Below, piece by piece: positions 52,520 through 62,578 of a stretch of 64,000 nt of DNA. Each line of letters opens with the position of its first letter. Position 1 is the stretch's first letter. Where the stretch lies: contig DATMFE010000363.1 of NCBI GenBank assembly GCA_035556295.1, forward strand, positions 25,131 through 89,130. The letters are read 5' to 3'. The stretch comes from Ureibacillus sp. (GTDB lineage Bacteria; Bacillota; Bacilli; Bacillales_A; Planococcaceae). The position numbers and the translations under genes are program-made. Below the pieces are notes generated by a model. It was given only the letters and a program-made list of their open reading frames with translations. It was not told the origin of the DNA and searched no databases.

Positions 52520-53227
52520 TTATTCTATTATGGATTCAGTACTTGCTAGTGCCTCTAATTGGCTGCTAACGCCTTCATATTGATTGTAATAGTGAAGAAC
52601 ATCTTCAACATACTGATCACTGTGGTTGTATTGATAAATTGCTTTTTTTAATTCACCCTTTGAAGCACCGGCAGCAGACAAATATTTAGCCGCACTATAT
52701 ATCGCATCTTCTATTTGGAATGGATCTGCCTTACCATCTCCATTTCCATCCACACCATATCCCCCATATGCTTTTATGATATCTGGATTTGTTTTTTCAG
52801 ATTCAGGTATTTCCCCTTTTCCTAATCCTTTACATGTTGGATGTTCCCAACCTACAAATGTACAAGGCATAAATTGCATATGTCCTTCAGCACCTACAGG
52901 TGAAACTAAATTTTTCATTGTTGAAAATCGTGTTTCTACACGATGATGGGCTGCAAGCAATGTCCATGGTACATTATATTGTTTTCCAGCTGAAATATAT
53001 ACGGGAATATACTCTTCTGGAATTTTAAGATCGAAATCCACTTGTATTTTTTCTATTTCAGTTAATGGTGCTTCCGTCATTAAAAATGATAGTTTTGTAT
53101 GTAATTGTTGCCAAATTATGTAGGAAGAATAATAAAGCATAAAGGATATAGGTATAAGAACAACAATTAATAATAGTTTTGCACTAGGACTAAGGAAAGG
53201 TTTTTTGTTTTTTTTACTTTTTGCCAT
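52520..53227 (-). CDS. Membrane-anchored lytic transglycosylase (SLT-like)
   Basis: LLAAHHRVET, GAEGHMQF, DGNGDGKADP, YNHS. Confidence 0.85.
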   Translation of the reverse strand: MAKSKKNKKPFLSPSAKLLLIVVLIPISFMLYYSSYIIWQQLHTKLSFLMTEAPLTEIEKIQVDFDLKIPEEYIPVYISAGKQYNVPWTLLAAHHRVETRFSTMKNLVSPVGAEGHMQFMPCTFVGWEHPTCKGLGKGEIPESEKTNPDIIKAYGGYGVDGNGDGKADPFQIEDAIYSAAKYLSAAGASKGELKKAIYQYNHSDQYVEDVLHYYNQYEGVSSQLEALASTESIIE

Positions 53228-53356
53228 GATCAGCCATCCTAAAAGAAATACTTGTTATACTATCTACTTCTTGAGTTAGTTAAAAATTTATCATATTATG
53301 GTATAACATTACAATTCTATACTAGATGAATTAATTTAACAAAGGAGACAATTATC

Positions 53357-53746
53357 ATGTGGAAAGATTTTAAAGAATTTGCTATGAAAGGTAACATCGT
53401 AGATCTTGCTGTAGCAGTAGTGATTGGTGGTGCATTTGGTAAAATTGTTACTTCACTAGTAGACAATATTATCATGCCACTAGTAGGAATTTTACTAGGT
53501 GGAATCGACCTAACGACAAGTTTTGTACTAGTCGTTGGAGAAGGAAAAATGGAATTTGGCGTATTTTTACAGTCCATTATTGATTTCCTAATTATTGCGT
53601 TTTCAATCTTTATGGCTTTACGTCTTTTAACAAAGCTAAATCGTAAAAAGAAAGTAGAAGAAGAAGCAAAACCTGTAGAAGTAGTTGATTCAAAAGAAGA
53701 ATTATTGAAAGAAATTAGAGATTTGTTAAAAGAAAATAAGAACTAA
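53357..53746 (+). CDS. mscL: Large-conductance mechanosensitive channel
   Basis: [37 protein letters not shown]. Confidence 0.97.
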   Translation: MWKDFKEFAMKGNIVDLAVAVVIGGAFGKIVTSLVDNIIMPLVGILLGGIDLTTSFVLVVGEGKMEFGVFLQSIIDFLIIAFSIFMALRLLTKLNRKKKVEEEAKPVEVVDSKEELLKEIRDLLKENKN

Positions 53747-53921
53747 AATATTTATTTAGTTTTGTTATTACAAAGTTAAGCTATTAGAATTTGCAGAAAA
53801 GTTAATAAAATACTATGAATCTTGGTTGTTTTCACTACTTTATCGTGATAAAGTGAATAAATAATAAATATTATTCATATTTTCAAAAGATTAAGGTAAC
53901 GAGAGAAAGAGTGATATTAAA

Positions 53922-55031
53922 ATGACCAAAAAAGCTATCGAAACGAAATTAGTACAATTAGGCAACTTAAGTGATCCAAAAACTGGTGCAGTCAATCCTC
54001 CTATCTATATGTCTACTGCTTATAAACATGGTGGAATTGGCCAATCAACAGGATATGATTATACTCGTACGAAAAACCCTACGCGTGAAATTTTAGAAAA
54101 AGGGATTGCTGATCTAGAATCCGGTGATGCAGGATTTGCCTGTAGTTCTGGAATGGCTGCTGTTCAATTAGTATTATCACTATTTAAACCTGGTGAAGAA
54201 ATCATCGTACCCGATGATATTTATGGTGGTACATATCGTTTATTAAAAACATTTAGTCAAACGTATAATATTTCACCTAAATACTTTAAACCTGAACAAG
54301 ATATTGAAAGTCTAATAACAGAGAATACAAAGGCGATTTTTCTTGAAACACCTACAAACCCACTTATGTTAGAGTTTGATTTGGATAAGTTTGCAGCTAT
54401 TAGTAAAAAGCATAATCTATTATTTATTGTAGATAATACATTTTACACACCATACTTCCAACGTCCAATCGAGCATGGAGCAGACATCGTTCTACATAGT
54501 GCAACAAAATATATTGCCGGACATAATGATGTACTTGCCGGTTTAGTTGTTGCAAAAGGACAAGAATTATGTGATAAGCTTACTTTTGCTCATAATGGAA
54601 TGGGCCTTGTATTGTCACCGATGGATAGCTGGTTAGTAATACGCGGATTAAAAACGATGCATTTACGTTTGAAACAGCACGATTCAAATGCGAAAAAAGT
54701 TGCAGCTTATTTGGAAAGTGAACCACTTGTGACTGATGTTTTATATACAGGTAAGGGCGGTATGCTTTCTTTTAGAGTGAAAAATGCCGATATGGTAAAC
54801 CCATTCTTACAAAATATTCAACTAATTACTTTTGCAGAAAGTCTAGGCGGAGTTGAAAGTTTTATTACCTACCCTGCTACGCAAACACATGCAGATATTC
54901 CATATGAAGAACGTGTAGCTAGAGGTGTTGACGATCGTTTACTTCGTTTTTCTGTAGGTGTAGAAGAAGCAGAAGATATCATCGCAGATTTACAACAAGT
55001 ATTTGATAGACTTAGAAAAGAATTTAATTAA
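53922..55031 (+). CDS. metI: PLP-dependent cystathionine gamma-synthase / O-acetylhomoserine sulfhydrylase (MetI-like)
   Basis: YDYTRTKNPTR, SSGMAAV, ETPTNP, DNTF, HSATKYIAGHNDV, ESLGGVESFITYP. Confidence 0.8.
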   Translation: MTKKAIETKLVQLGNLSDPKTGAVNPPIYMSTAYKHGGIGQSTGYDYTRTKNPTREILEKGIADLESGDAGFACSSGMAAVQLVLSLFKPGEEIIVPDDIYGGTYRLLKTFSQTYNISPKYFKPEQDIESLITENTKAIFLETPTNPLMLEFDLDKFAAISKKHNLLFIVDNTFYTPYFQRPIEHGADIVLHSATKYIAGHNDVLAGLVVAKGQELCDKLTFAHNGMGLVLSPMDSWLVIRGLKTMHLRLKQHDSNAKKVAAYLESEPLVTDVLYTGKGGMLSFRVKNADMVNPFLQNIQLITFAESLGGVESFITYPATQTHADIPYEERVARGVDDRLLRFSVGVEEAEDIIADLQQVFDRLRKEFN

Positions 55032-55035
55032 TAAG

Positions 55036-55075
55036 AAATAACGCTTGGTGCGAAAATTGGCACCAAGCGTTATTT
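55036..55075. terminator. Bidirectional terminator
   Basis: AAATAACGCTTGGTGC-loop-GCACCAAGCGTTATTT. Confidence 0.75.
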
Positions 55076-55077
55076 GT

Positions 55078-55512
55078 TTAATGACGATATTTGTCAGGTT
55101 CAGAAATATCGCTTAAAGCTTCCCCTGCTTCATTTACGAAAATGTTTTCTTGAGCTAAATCTCCAATTGCACAAATTCCTTGAATTTCACCTTTGTCGTT
55201 TACCACGGGAATACGACGAATTTGATGCTGTGCCATTAAACGCGCACATTCATGTACATCCATATCAGGTGTACAAGTCACAACATCATGAGTCATTACA
55301 TCATGACAGTGAACTTGGTTAGCATCATTTCCATCTGCAATACATTTAATGACAATATCTCGGTCAGTTATCATACCAATTACTCTATTTGAATCACATA
55401 CAGGAACAGATCCACAGTCAACATCACGCATAATTTTTGCGGCAGTTATTAAAGATTCATGTGGTGTACAAAATTGCACATTTTTTGTCATTATTTCTGA
55501 AACAGTTTTCAT
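55078..55512 (-). CDS. CBS-pair protein (YhcV-like)
   Basis: GMITDRDIV, QIRRIPVV, two CBS repeats. Confidence 0.88.
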   Translation of the reverse strand: MKTVSEIMTKNVQFCTPHESLITAAKIMRDVDCGSVPVCDSNRVIGMITDRDIVIKCIADGNDANQVHCHDVMTHDVVTCTPDMDVHECARLMAQHQIRRIPVVNDKGEIQGICAIGDLAQENIFVNEAGEALSDISEPDKYRH

Positions 55513-55610
55513 ATTACATCCTCCTTCAATTCATTCGATTTTAGTATTTGTCAAATACAATGTTTTATAAGCAAAAAAAAACAAGGACAAAGATTCCTTG
55601 TTTTAATTTT

Positions 55611-56225
55611 TTATTTACTTAATCTTTCTTCAATTAATGTTTTCATATCAATTGCAATTGTATCGAATGATACGCCACCTTCTGTTTCAGAATAACCTGT
55701 ATAGTTTTTCACTATAGTACCCGTTTCATCTACTAAATGGAAGGTGCTCATATGAACTACTTGTCCACCATCATCAGGTTTTTTTACAAGTGTTTTAAAT
55801 GAATTGAGTGCAAATTGTTCAATATATTTTTGATCGTAACCAGTAAGTAAATGCCATTTCGATTCGTCTGGTACAGGGTAATTACTTAAGTAGTTAGCAA
55901 GTACTTCGGGTGAATCCGTTTCAGGATCAACAGAAAATGCAACAATTTTATAATCGTCAACACCGCGATCAATTAACTCTTGTTGGATTTCTGTCATATT
56001 AAATGTCATTGGAGGACATACAGTTGTACAGCTTGTAAAAATAAACATTGCTAACCAAGGTTCACCTTTTAAATCTTCTAATGATACTGTATTTCCATGT
56101 TGGTCAATCATTTCAAAATCGTCAATCGGATAATTAAAATCTGGTTTAAATTTATAATTGCTACATGCACTTAGGATTGTACTCAATATCATAATTCCGA
56201 TCAGACCAAGAAGACTTTTTTTCAT
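55611..56225 (-). CDS. sco: SCO family copper chaperone lipoprotein (YpmQ-like)
   Basis: Lipobox LSAC, FTSCTTVCPPM, SVDPETD, conserved His; GGGAG RBS before ATG 56225. Confidence 0.9.
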   Translation of the reverse strand: MKKSLLGLIGIMILSTILSACSNYKFKPDFNYPIDDFEMIDQHGNTVSLEDLKGEPWLAMFIFTSCTTVCPPMTFNMTEIQQELIDRGVDDYKIVAFSVDPETDSPEVLANYLSNYPVPDESKWHLLTGYDQKYIEQFALNSFKTLVKKPDDGGQVVHMSTFHLVDETGTIVKNYTGYSETEGGVSFDTIAIDMKTLIEERLSK

Positions 56226-56333
56226 ATCTATCAACTCCCTATCCATTACTTTCATCTTAACGAATTTCATGATTAAAGTACAATCTTTCAAAGCGACAGA
56301 TTACTTACAAATTTGTGAATTCTTTTTCACAAA

Positions 56334-56459
56334 TTATTCTTTCATACCTATAATGGCTGTATGGATTGCTTCTAGTTTAGTTTCTATTCGGTATAGTAAA
56401 TAGAATGAAACCACAATAGGAAATCCTATTTCTTGAATTAACAAAACGAAGTCTTCCAT
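56334..56459 (-). CDS. yvrJ: YvrJ family small membrane protein, 41 aa (not in ORF track)
   Basis: MEDFVLLIQEIGFPIVVSFYLLYRIETKLEAIHTAIIGMKE; GFPIVV..YLL.RIE.KL signature; AAGGAGAGG RBS. Confidence 0.85.
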   Translation of the reverse strand: MEDFVLLIQEIGFPIVVSFYLLYRIETKLEAIHTAIIGMKE

Positions 56460-56569
56460 CTAACCTCTCCTTTCGGTATTCCAATTATTATGTGTATTTA
56501 TTTTGAAAGCCGACATAGTCGCAAAACAAATAGACTATGTCGGCATACATTTTTGATATTAAATTTGGA

Positions 56570-56788
56570 TTATACTAATTCTAGATCTGAAACATTTCTT
56601 TCTATCATTCTAGCTCCACTAATGCCGACAATAGCATATCCTTCATTGTGAAAAACATCTTGGTCAATAATTGATTGCATTGCAGTGACAACCTCTGTGG
56701 ACGTAATATTTTCTTTTGGGTCACTTACAGAAAGTGTAATTGTTTTACCATTTGCTGTATTAAACTTCATTTCTAATGTTAAAGCCAT
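56570..56788 (-). CDS. DUF2922 family protein
   Basis: LEMKFNTANGKTITLSVSDPKENIT..AMQSII..ARMIER. Confidence 0.8.
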   Translation of the reverse strand: MALTLEMKFNTANGKTITLSVSDPKENITSTEVVTAMQSIIDQDVFHNEGYAIVGISGARMIERNVSDLELV

Positions 56789-56849
56789 TTATAATTTCCC
56801 CCTTTCATATTTAATAGTAAAAATGTTAGTAGCTCACCTTTATCAAAGA

Positions 56850-57068
56850 TTAGAAATCAACTGCTTCTGTTTGTGAAATCTTCGCTTGATTTAATTGATA
56901 CTTCGATAAACTTGCAATTGCTTGTGCTACTGTTGCAATCTTCTCTACTTCTACATCATTTCGGACATTTCGATAAGTTTTACTAGTAATTACTGGTTTA
57001 CCAAACTCATCTAGTCCTGTTTCAAATAAAAGTTTTAAAGTTGCTTCTTCGAAATTGTAAACCGCCAT
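56850..57068 (-). CDS. DUF1659 family protein
   Basis: LKLLFETGLDEFGKPVITSKTYRNV..VAQAIASL. Confidence 0.8.
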   Translation of the reverse strand: MAVYNFEEATLKLLFETGLDEFGKPVITSKTYRNVRNDVEVEKIATVAQAIASLSKYQLNQAKISQTEAVDF

Positions 57069-57244
57069 TTTCTCACCCCCTCTTCACCTATTTATATAGT
57101 TCGTTTCAGTGAAAATAGAGACATTAGTAGTGAAAAGTTTTTCAATTCCTTTTATAATAAAACTTAACGATAAAAATTGAAGAGCTACTATTGATATTTT
57201 TTTATTGCTTATAGTAAACTCAATGTTTCCTTTTTTGTTAACTG

Positions 57245-57694
57245 ATGGTTAAAGAGGTGAAAGTTTTGTTACAAGGTTGGTTTTTGTGGTTTATATTGTT
57301 TTGGGTAATAACACTACCAATAATGATGGGGATTGGCGGATTCTTTATGTTTCGTAAGTTCCTAAAAGCTTTACCAAAACAAGATGGTTGGTCAGATCTC
57401 GATTGGCAAAACTACTATATTAAAAAAACAGTAAACTTATGGGGAGACGATGCCAAAAGTCTGTTAAATGAACTGGTTAGTCCTGTTCCTGAGTTATTTC
57501 GACAAGTTGCTAAAGAAAAGATTGCTGGGAAAATTGGTCAACTTGCATTAGAAGAACGTGCAAAAAAAATATCGAATGATATTATCATACGTGGGTATAT
57601 TCAAGCTACACCAAAACGCGATCATAAATTCTTACGAAAAAAATGTGAAGAACTAAGTATTGATTTAACACAATATGAACATCTATTTGAATAA
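57245..57694 (+). CDS. yneK: DUF2621/YneK family protein (start probably slightly downstream)
   Basis: IGGFFMFRKFLK.LPK.DG.S.LDW, LVSPVPELFR, ATPKRDHKFL; convergent with the ccd operon. Confidence 0.85.
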   Translation: MVKEVKVLLQGWFLWFILFWVITLPIMMGIGGFFMFRKFLKALPKQDGWSDLDWQNYYIKKTVNLWGDDAKSLLNELVSPVPELFRQVAKEKIAGKIGQLALEERAKKISNDIIIRGYIQATPKRDHKFLRKKCEELSIDLTQYEHLFE

Positions 57695-57698
57695 TAGG

Positions 57699-57743
57699 AA
57701 AAGGGCTATATTAAAATCAAATCTTTTAATATAGCCCTTTTTT
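57699..57743. terminator. Bidirectional terminator
   Basis: AAAAGGGCTATATTAAAA-loop-TTTTAATATAGCCCTTTT. Confidence 0.75.
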
Positions 57744-58234
57744 CACTTCATTAATTGAGTTTTTCGTATCTTGTTATACTGTAGTAACATAGCAATTCTC
57801 CATGGCCAAAGCATTGCAAATGCTAACGTCCAAAACATACCACCTAATTCTCCTACCTCAAAGGATTCAGATAAATACACTTTTAAAACAATTCGTCCGA
57901 TTAATATTCCTATAAGGATAAAGAAAAAGGCTTTTGACCGTTTCATATAAATTTCTTGACCACGAACTTCAAATTTAGAAGTAGCAATTAGTACAATTGA
58001 AAAGACTACACCAATACTTACCGCTTCTAAGATTTGTAATGGTGCTAGACGAAATTCTTCAAAAATAAACATAAGTGCACCAGTTGACATAGCTACTGGT
58101 GGGATTAATAGTTTTTTAGGATTTACAGGCTTTTTCTGTGAACGCATTCTTGCAATCATAATAATTGAGCCCATAATTATGGCCATTACCGTTGAACCCA
58201 CTACTAAATATTGAGAAGGTATATTAGCGATCAT
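57743..58234 (-). CDS. ccdC: CcdC/YneJ family membrane protein
   Basis: KKLLIPP..MSTGALMF, TSKFE, GMFWTLAFAMLWPWR. Confidence 0.85.
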   Translation of the reverse strand: MIANIPSQYLVVGSTVMAIIMGSIIMIARMRSQKKPVNPKKLLIPPVAMSTGALMFIFEEFRLAPLQILEAVSIGVVFSIVLIATSKFEVRGQEIYMKRSKAFFFILIGILIGRIVLKVYLSESFEVGELGGMFWTLAFAMLWPWRIAMLLQYNKIRKTQLMK

Positions 58235-58358
58235 GGAATCCCTCCTCTAACCATCTACATTTTTCTGTTCTATCATAACTATTTTTTTATATTATTACCA
58301 CTAGAATCATCTAGAACTTAAAAAAATCCTGCCATTAGAAGGCAGGAAGTGTAGCTTT

Positions 58359-58733
58359 TTATACGTTCGATCCTAATACGTTATCCACAACCATTTTAAG
58401 TTGTGTTGAGTCAAAAGGTTTTGTGATAAAATCCTTTGCACCGTCTTCCAATGCTTCAACAATTATTCTTTGTTGGCCTAATGCTGTGATCATAATTATT
58501 TTTGCATCTGGAAAACGAGGTATTAGTTGTTTCACTGCATCTAAGCCCGACATAATTGGCATTGTTATATCCATTGTTACGATATCAGGAAGTATTTGAG
58601 GGTAAAGTTCAACAGCTTCTTTTCCGTTTGAAGCAACTTGTACATCAAAACCCCATTCTTTAAACATATTTCCAACTGCAGTTCTCATAAATAATGCATC
58701 ATCTACTACTAAAACTGTTGGCATATTACTCAT
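58359..58733 (-). CDS. yneI: Single-domain CheY-like response regulator (YneI/CcdB)
   Basis: LVVDDALFMR, MDITMP, TALGQ, KPF; lies between ccdA and ccdC. Confidence 0.85.
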   Translation of the reverse strand: MSNMPTVLVVDDALFMRTAVGNMFKEWGFDVQVASNGKEAVELYPQILPDIVTMDITMPIMSGLDAVKQLIPRFPDAKIIMITALGQQRIIVEALEDGAKDFITKPFDSTQLKMVVDNVLGSNV

Positions 58734-58779
58734 TCCCTCTCACTCAAACACGATTATGTTATGATTATTTGTTTTCAAC

Positions 58780-59490
58780 TTAGAAGCCTTGAAATCCTCC
58801 GAAAATAGGTGTAAGAACGCGAATAATATAATCAAGACCATCAAAGAATAATAAAATACCGACAGCAATCATAATCCATCCACCAATTTTAACAATTAGC
58901 CCACTATTTTTACGAATCCACCCTAATCTTGAAATAAAGAATGATAATACAAAGAATGGAATAGCAAATCCAAAATAGTATGCAAGCATATACCACATTC
59001 CTGATCCAGGATTAGCCGATGCTAATAATATAATGGATGCTAATATTGGTCCTGTACAAGGAGTCCAACCAGCAGCAAATGCTAACCCAATTAGTGTTGA
59101 TCCAAAGTAACCAGATGGTCGGTTTTTAAATTCAAATTTACGATCTTTCATTAAAAAGTCAATTTGTAATAATCCCACAATCATTAATCCAAATACAACG
59201 ATTAAGATCGCACCAATTTGTCTTATTAAATCCTCATAGTTTACGAAAAAGTCTTTAAATATTGATGCACCGAATCCGATTGCGATAAAAATAATTGAAA
59301 ACCCAATTAAAAAGAAAACAGTATGTAAAATTGCACGTTTTTGCAGCATACCTTTTTCGTCTTTTAATTCATTATAACTCATGCCAGTTATATATGATAA
59401 AAAAGCAGGATATAAAGGTAATGTGCATGGAGAAATAAAACTTAAGAATCCGGCACCAAAAGCTATAAAGACATTAATATCTGTTCCCAT
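58780..59490 (-). CDS. ccdA: Cytochrome c biogenesis thiol-disulfide transporter CcdA
   Basis: SFISPCTLPLYP and GWTPCTGP. Confidence 0.93.
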   Translation of the reverse strand: MGTDINVFIAFGAGFLSFISPCTLPLYPAFLSYITGMSYNELKDEKGMLQKRAILHTVFFLIGFSIIFIAIGFGASIFKDFFVNYEDLIRQIGAILIVVFGLMIVGLLQIDFLMKDRKFEFKNRPSGYFGSTLIGLAFAAGWTPCTGPILASIILLASANPGSGMWYMLAYYFGFAIPFFVLSFFISRLGWIRKNSGLIVKIGGWIMIAVGILLFFDGLDYIIRVLTPIFGGFQGF

Positions 59491-59761
59491 AAATTACGCT
59501 CCTTACTATTAATGTCTCCATAGTATCAAATTTTAGTAAAAAAAGCGTAGACTTTACCTACAAATAATTTTGACGAAACAGTGAATTCAAAAATATGTAA
59601 AACGCAATTAATAGTTTAACATAAAAAGGAATAAAGGAGCACCCTTTTTCACAAAATTATTAACTTTCTAACTGTTCCATTAATTATTTACAATACAACA
59701 AAAGGGACTGGAAGTATAATCTTCAGTCCCTTTTCTTAATATTTCATTGAGATTTATTCAA

Positions 59762-60691
59762 TTAAGCTTGAACATTAGCAGTTTCTTGTTTTTTGGCAAA
59801 TTGACGTTTTTTAATCTCTGTTAATGTTGAAGCTGCAAAAATAATTACCGCTAACCAAATAAACCCAAATGAAACTAAATCTATGATTGTAAATGGCTCA
59901 TTGTAAAGAAAAACACCTGTTACTAACGCTGCGGTTGGAGTAAAGTATTGGAAAAATCCAATCAGATATTGCGGGATCCGTTGTGCACCCTTCGCAAATA
60001 AAACCAATGGAATAGCTGTAATAATTCCACCAAACATTAAAAGAAAGTCTGTTGTCGTATTCAAATGGAACAAAGTCGGTGTAGTTTGAGTCCAAGAATA
60101 AATATAAACTCCTAATGCAATGGGCAATACAAAAAGTGTCTCTAGCGCTAATCCGCGAGTAGCATCAATTGTAATTTTCTTCTTTAATGCACTATAAGTT
60201 GCAAATGAAATTGCAATTAACAGAGCAACCCAAGGTATTTGACCGTAGCTAATTGTTATAATCAAAACTCCTATAAATGCGACGATAACAGCACTAAGTT
60301 GTGTTTTTGATAACTTTTCTTTAAAGAAGATCATTCCAAATACAACTGTTATTGTTGGATTAATATAATAACCTAAACTCGCTTCAACCACATGATCATG
60401 ATTAACTGCCCAAATATATAAATACCAGTTTACTGTAATGACCATTGAAGCAGACAATAACGCAAGGAAAAGTATTTTATTGTTCCATAACAATTTAATA
60501 TCTTCAACTAAATTTTTCCGTTGCTTAATTAGCAATATGAATAACGTTGTAAAAACAAACGACCAAATTACTCGATTTATTAAAATTTCTAAACTATCAA
60601 CATGGTCTAATAGTTTCCAGTAGATTGGGAAGATACCCCATATAAGATAAGCAAATATGGCATAGATGATCCCTTTGTTTTCCTCTGACAT
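59762..60691 (-). CDS. rarD: EamA family transporter RarD
   Basis: WGIFPIYWK, EASLGYYINP, GFFQYFTPT. Confidence 0.9.
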   Translation of the reverse strand: MSEENKGIIYAIFAYLIWGIFPIYWKLLDHVDSLEILINRVIWSFVFTTLFILLIKQRKNLVEDIKLLWNNKILFLALLSASMVITVNWYLYIWAVNHDHVVEASLGYYINPTITVVFGMIFFKEKLSKTQLSAVIVAFIGVLIITISYGQIPWVALLIAISFATYSALKKKITIDATRGLALETLFVLPIALGVYIYSWTQTTPTLFHLNTTTDFLLMFGGIITAIPLVLFAKGAQRIPQYLIGFFQYFTPTAALVTGVFLYNEPFTIIDLVSFGFIWLAVIIFAASTLTEIKKRQFAKKQETANVQA

Positions 60692-60796
60692 TACGACACC
60701 TTCTTATTATTTTCGTCAAAATTAGGCAAGATAGACCAATTATAGTACTAGCGATTATCGAAGTAAATATTTGTGTTTGGTAATACAGTCATTTTA

Positions 60797-62578
60797 CTAA
60801 ACTATACTCTCTTCAACTATACCGTTTTGTAATAGATACATTTTATGATATAAACCTTTTTGTTCAAGCAATTGTTGGTGTGTTCCGCGTTCAACAATTT
60901 CACCTTGGTGAAGAACTAAAATTAGTTCTGCGTCTTGGATCGTTGAAAGTCTGTGCGCAATTGCTATTGTCGTTCGGCCTTTTCTCATCTTTTCTAAGGA
61001 TTGTTGAATTGCAACCTCTGTTTCCGTATCAATTGCTGCCGTCGCTTCATCAAGTATTAAGATTTTAGGATTTGCAGCTACTGTTCGTGCAAATGCAATC
61101 AGTTGACGTTGACCACTTGAGAAGGTTGAACCTCTTTCTGTTACTTTTTGCTGGTATTTATTAGGAAGCTTTTCAATAAATTGATCTGCTTGAACAAATT
61201 TTGCAGCTTCTACAACGTCTTCAGTTGTTAGATTCTCATCAAACAAACGGATATTACTTTCAATTGTCCCATAAAAAAGAAATGAATCTTGTAAAACCAG
61301 ACCAAGCTTTTTACGAATTTCTTTTTTGCTATATGATTTAATAGACTTACCATCAATAATAATATCTCCGTGTTCAAATTCGTAAAATCTCATGAGTAAA
61401 TTGATAATAGAACTTTTCCCACTACCTGTGTGACCAACCAGTGCAACCGTTTCACCAGGTTTCACTGTGAAGGATATATTTTTTAAAACATCCGTTTTAC
61501 CATCATAACTAAACGAAACGTTTTTAAATTCAACAAACCCTTCATTTATTTCCTCATTATTATTAATTTGAGCAGGTTCTAACTCAGGGTCATCTAGAAG
61601 TTCAAATACACGAGTAGCGGCAACGATTGCTTGTTGATAGAATGCTAATCGCTCCATTACTTGATTAATAGGATCAAAGAATCTAGAAACATACGTAATG
61701 AAGGCATAAATCATACCAACCTCTACAGCTGTATTAAAACTTGTAAAGCCAAAGAAACTTAAAATTAAAATAATCGCAATAAAATAGACTAAATCAATCA
61801 CTGGACGGAGTAGTACCGAATTTAGTTTCGTGTTATTCATCATTGCTTGATAATGTTGGTCATTGATATCATTAAACTCTTCGTTAAATCGTTCTTCTTG
61901 TCGAAAAACTTGGACAATGTTCATGCCTGAAAGAGTTTCTGATAATTTTGCATTTAACTGACTAAGTTTTTCACGCATCGTCATATAAATAACTGAACTA
62001 AACTTTCTGTATAAAAAGATAACAAGAAAAATAATTGGGAGTAAAATTAATGCAAACAATGCTAACATTGGATTTAGTAAAAACATAGCTACATAAACAC
62101 CAACAATTAAAAATGCTGCTTGCACATAAGCAATTAATACGGAAACAAATAAATCTTTTATGGCTTCTGTATCATTTGTTGCACGAGATACAATCGATCC
62201 TGCTGGAGTGGAATCAAAATAACGCATTCCTAGTCTATGAATCTTTGAGAAGACATCAATTCTTATTTGTTGAACAACATTTAAAGCAATTTCTTGGAAT
62301 TTCACTAATTGTAGATAACTAATAATTACATTAATGATTTGGATAAAAATATAAGATACCGCTAAAAAAATGATTGGATTTGTATCAAAATTTAAAATCG
62401 CAACGTGATCATCTAGAAATACTTTTATCAAATAAGGGCCGATGACATCCCCTGTTACTGTAAGAATTAGTAGAAATAAAGCAATTGCTACTGACTTCTT
62501 ATGAGGTATTAAATATCGAATTAGCCTAAATAGTATTTTGCGTTGTTCTTTTCCTGAAAGGGCTGTTTGTTTACTCAT
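60797..62578 (-). CDS. Heterodimeric multidrug ABC exporter subunit (YheH/BmrD-like)
   Basis: TMD plus NBD; GHTGSGKSS, degenerate FSSGQRQ, ILDEAT. Confidence 0.9.
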   Translation of the reverse strand: MSKQTALSGKEQRKILFRLIRYLIPHKKSVAIALFLLILTVTGDVIGPYLIKVFLDDHVAILNFDTNPIIFLAVSYIFIQIINVIISYLQLVKFQEIALNVVQQIRIDVFSKIHRLGMRYFDSTPAGSIVSRATNDTEAIKDLFVSVLIAYVQAAFLIVGVYVAMFLLNPMLALFALILLPIIFLVIFLYRKFSSVIYMTMREKLSQLNAKLSETLSGMNIVQVFRQEERFNEEFNDINDQHYQAMMNNTKLNSVLLRPVIDLVYFIAIILILSFFGFTSFNTAVEVGMIYAFITYVSRFFDPINQVMERLAFYQQAIVAATRVFELLDDPELEPAQINNNEEINEGFVEFKNVSFSYDGKTDVLKNISFTVKPGETVALVGHTGSGKSSIINLLMRFYEFEHGDIIIDGKSIKSYSKKEIRKKLGLVLQDSFLFYGTIESNIRLFDENLTTEDVVEAAKFVQADQFIEKLPNKYQQKVTERGSTFSSGQRQLIAFARTVAANPKILILDEATAAIDTETEVAIQQSLEKMRKGRTTIAIAHRLSTIQDAELILVLHQGEIVERGTHQQLLEQKGLYHKMYLLQNGIVEESIV

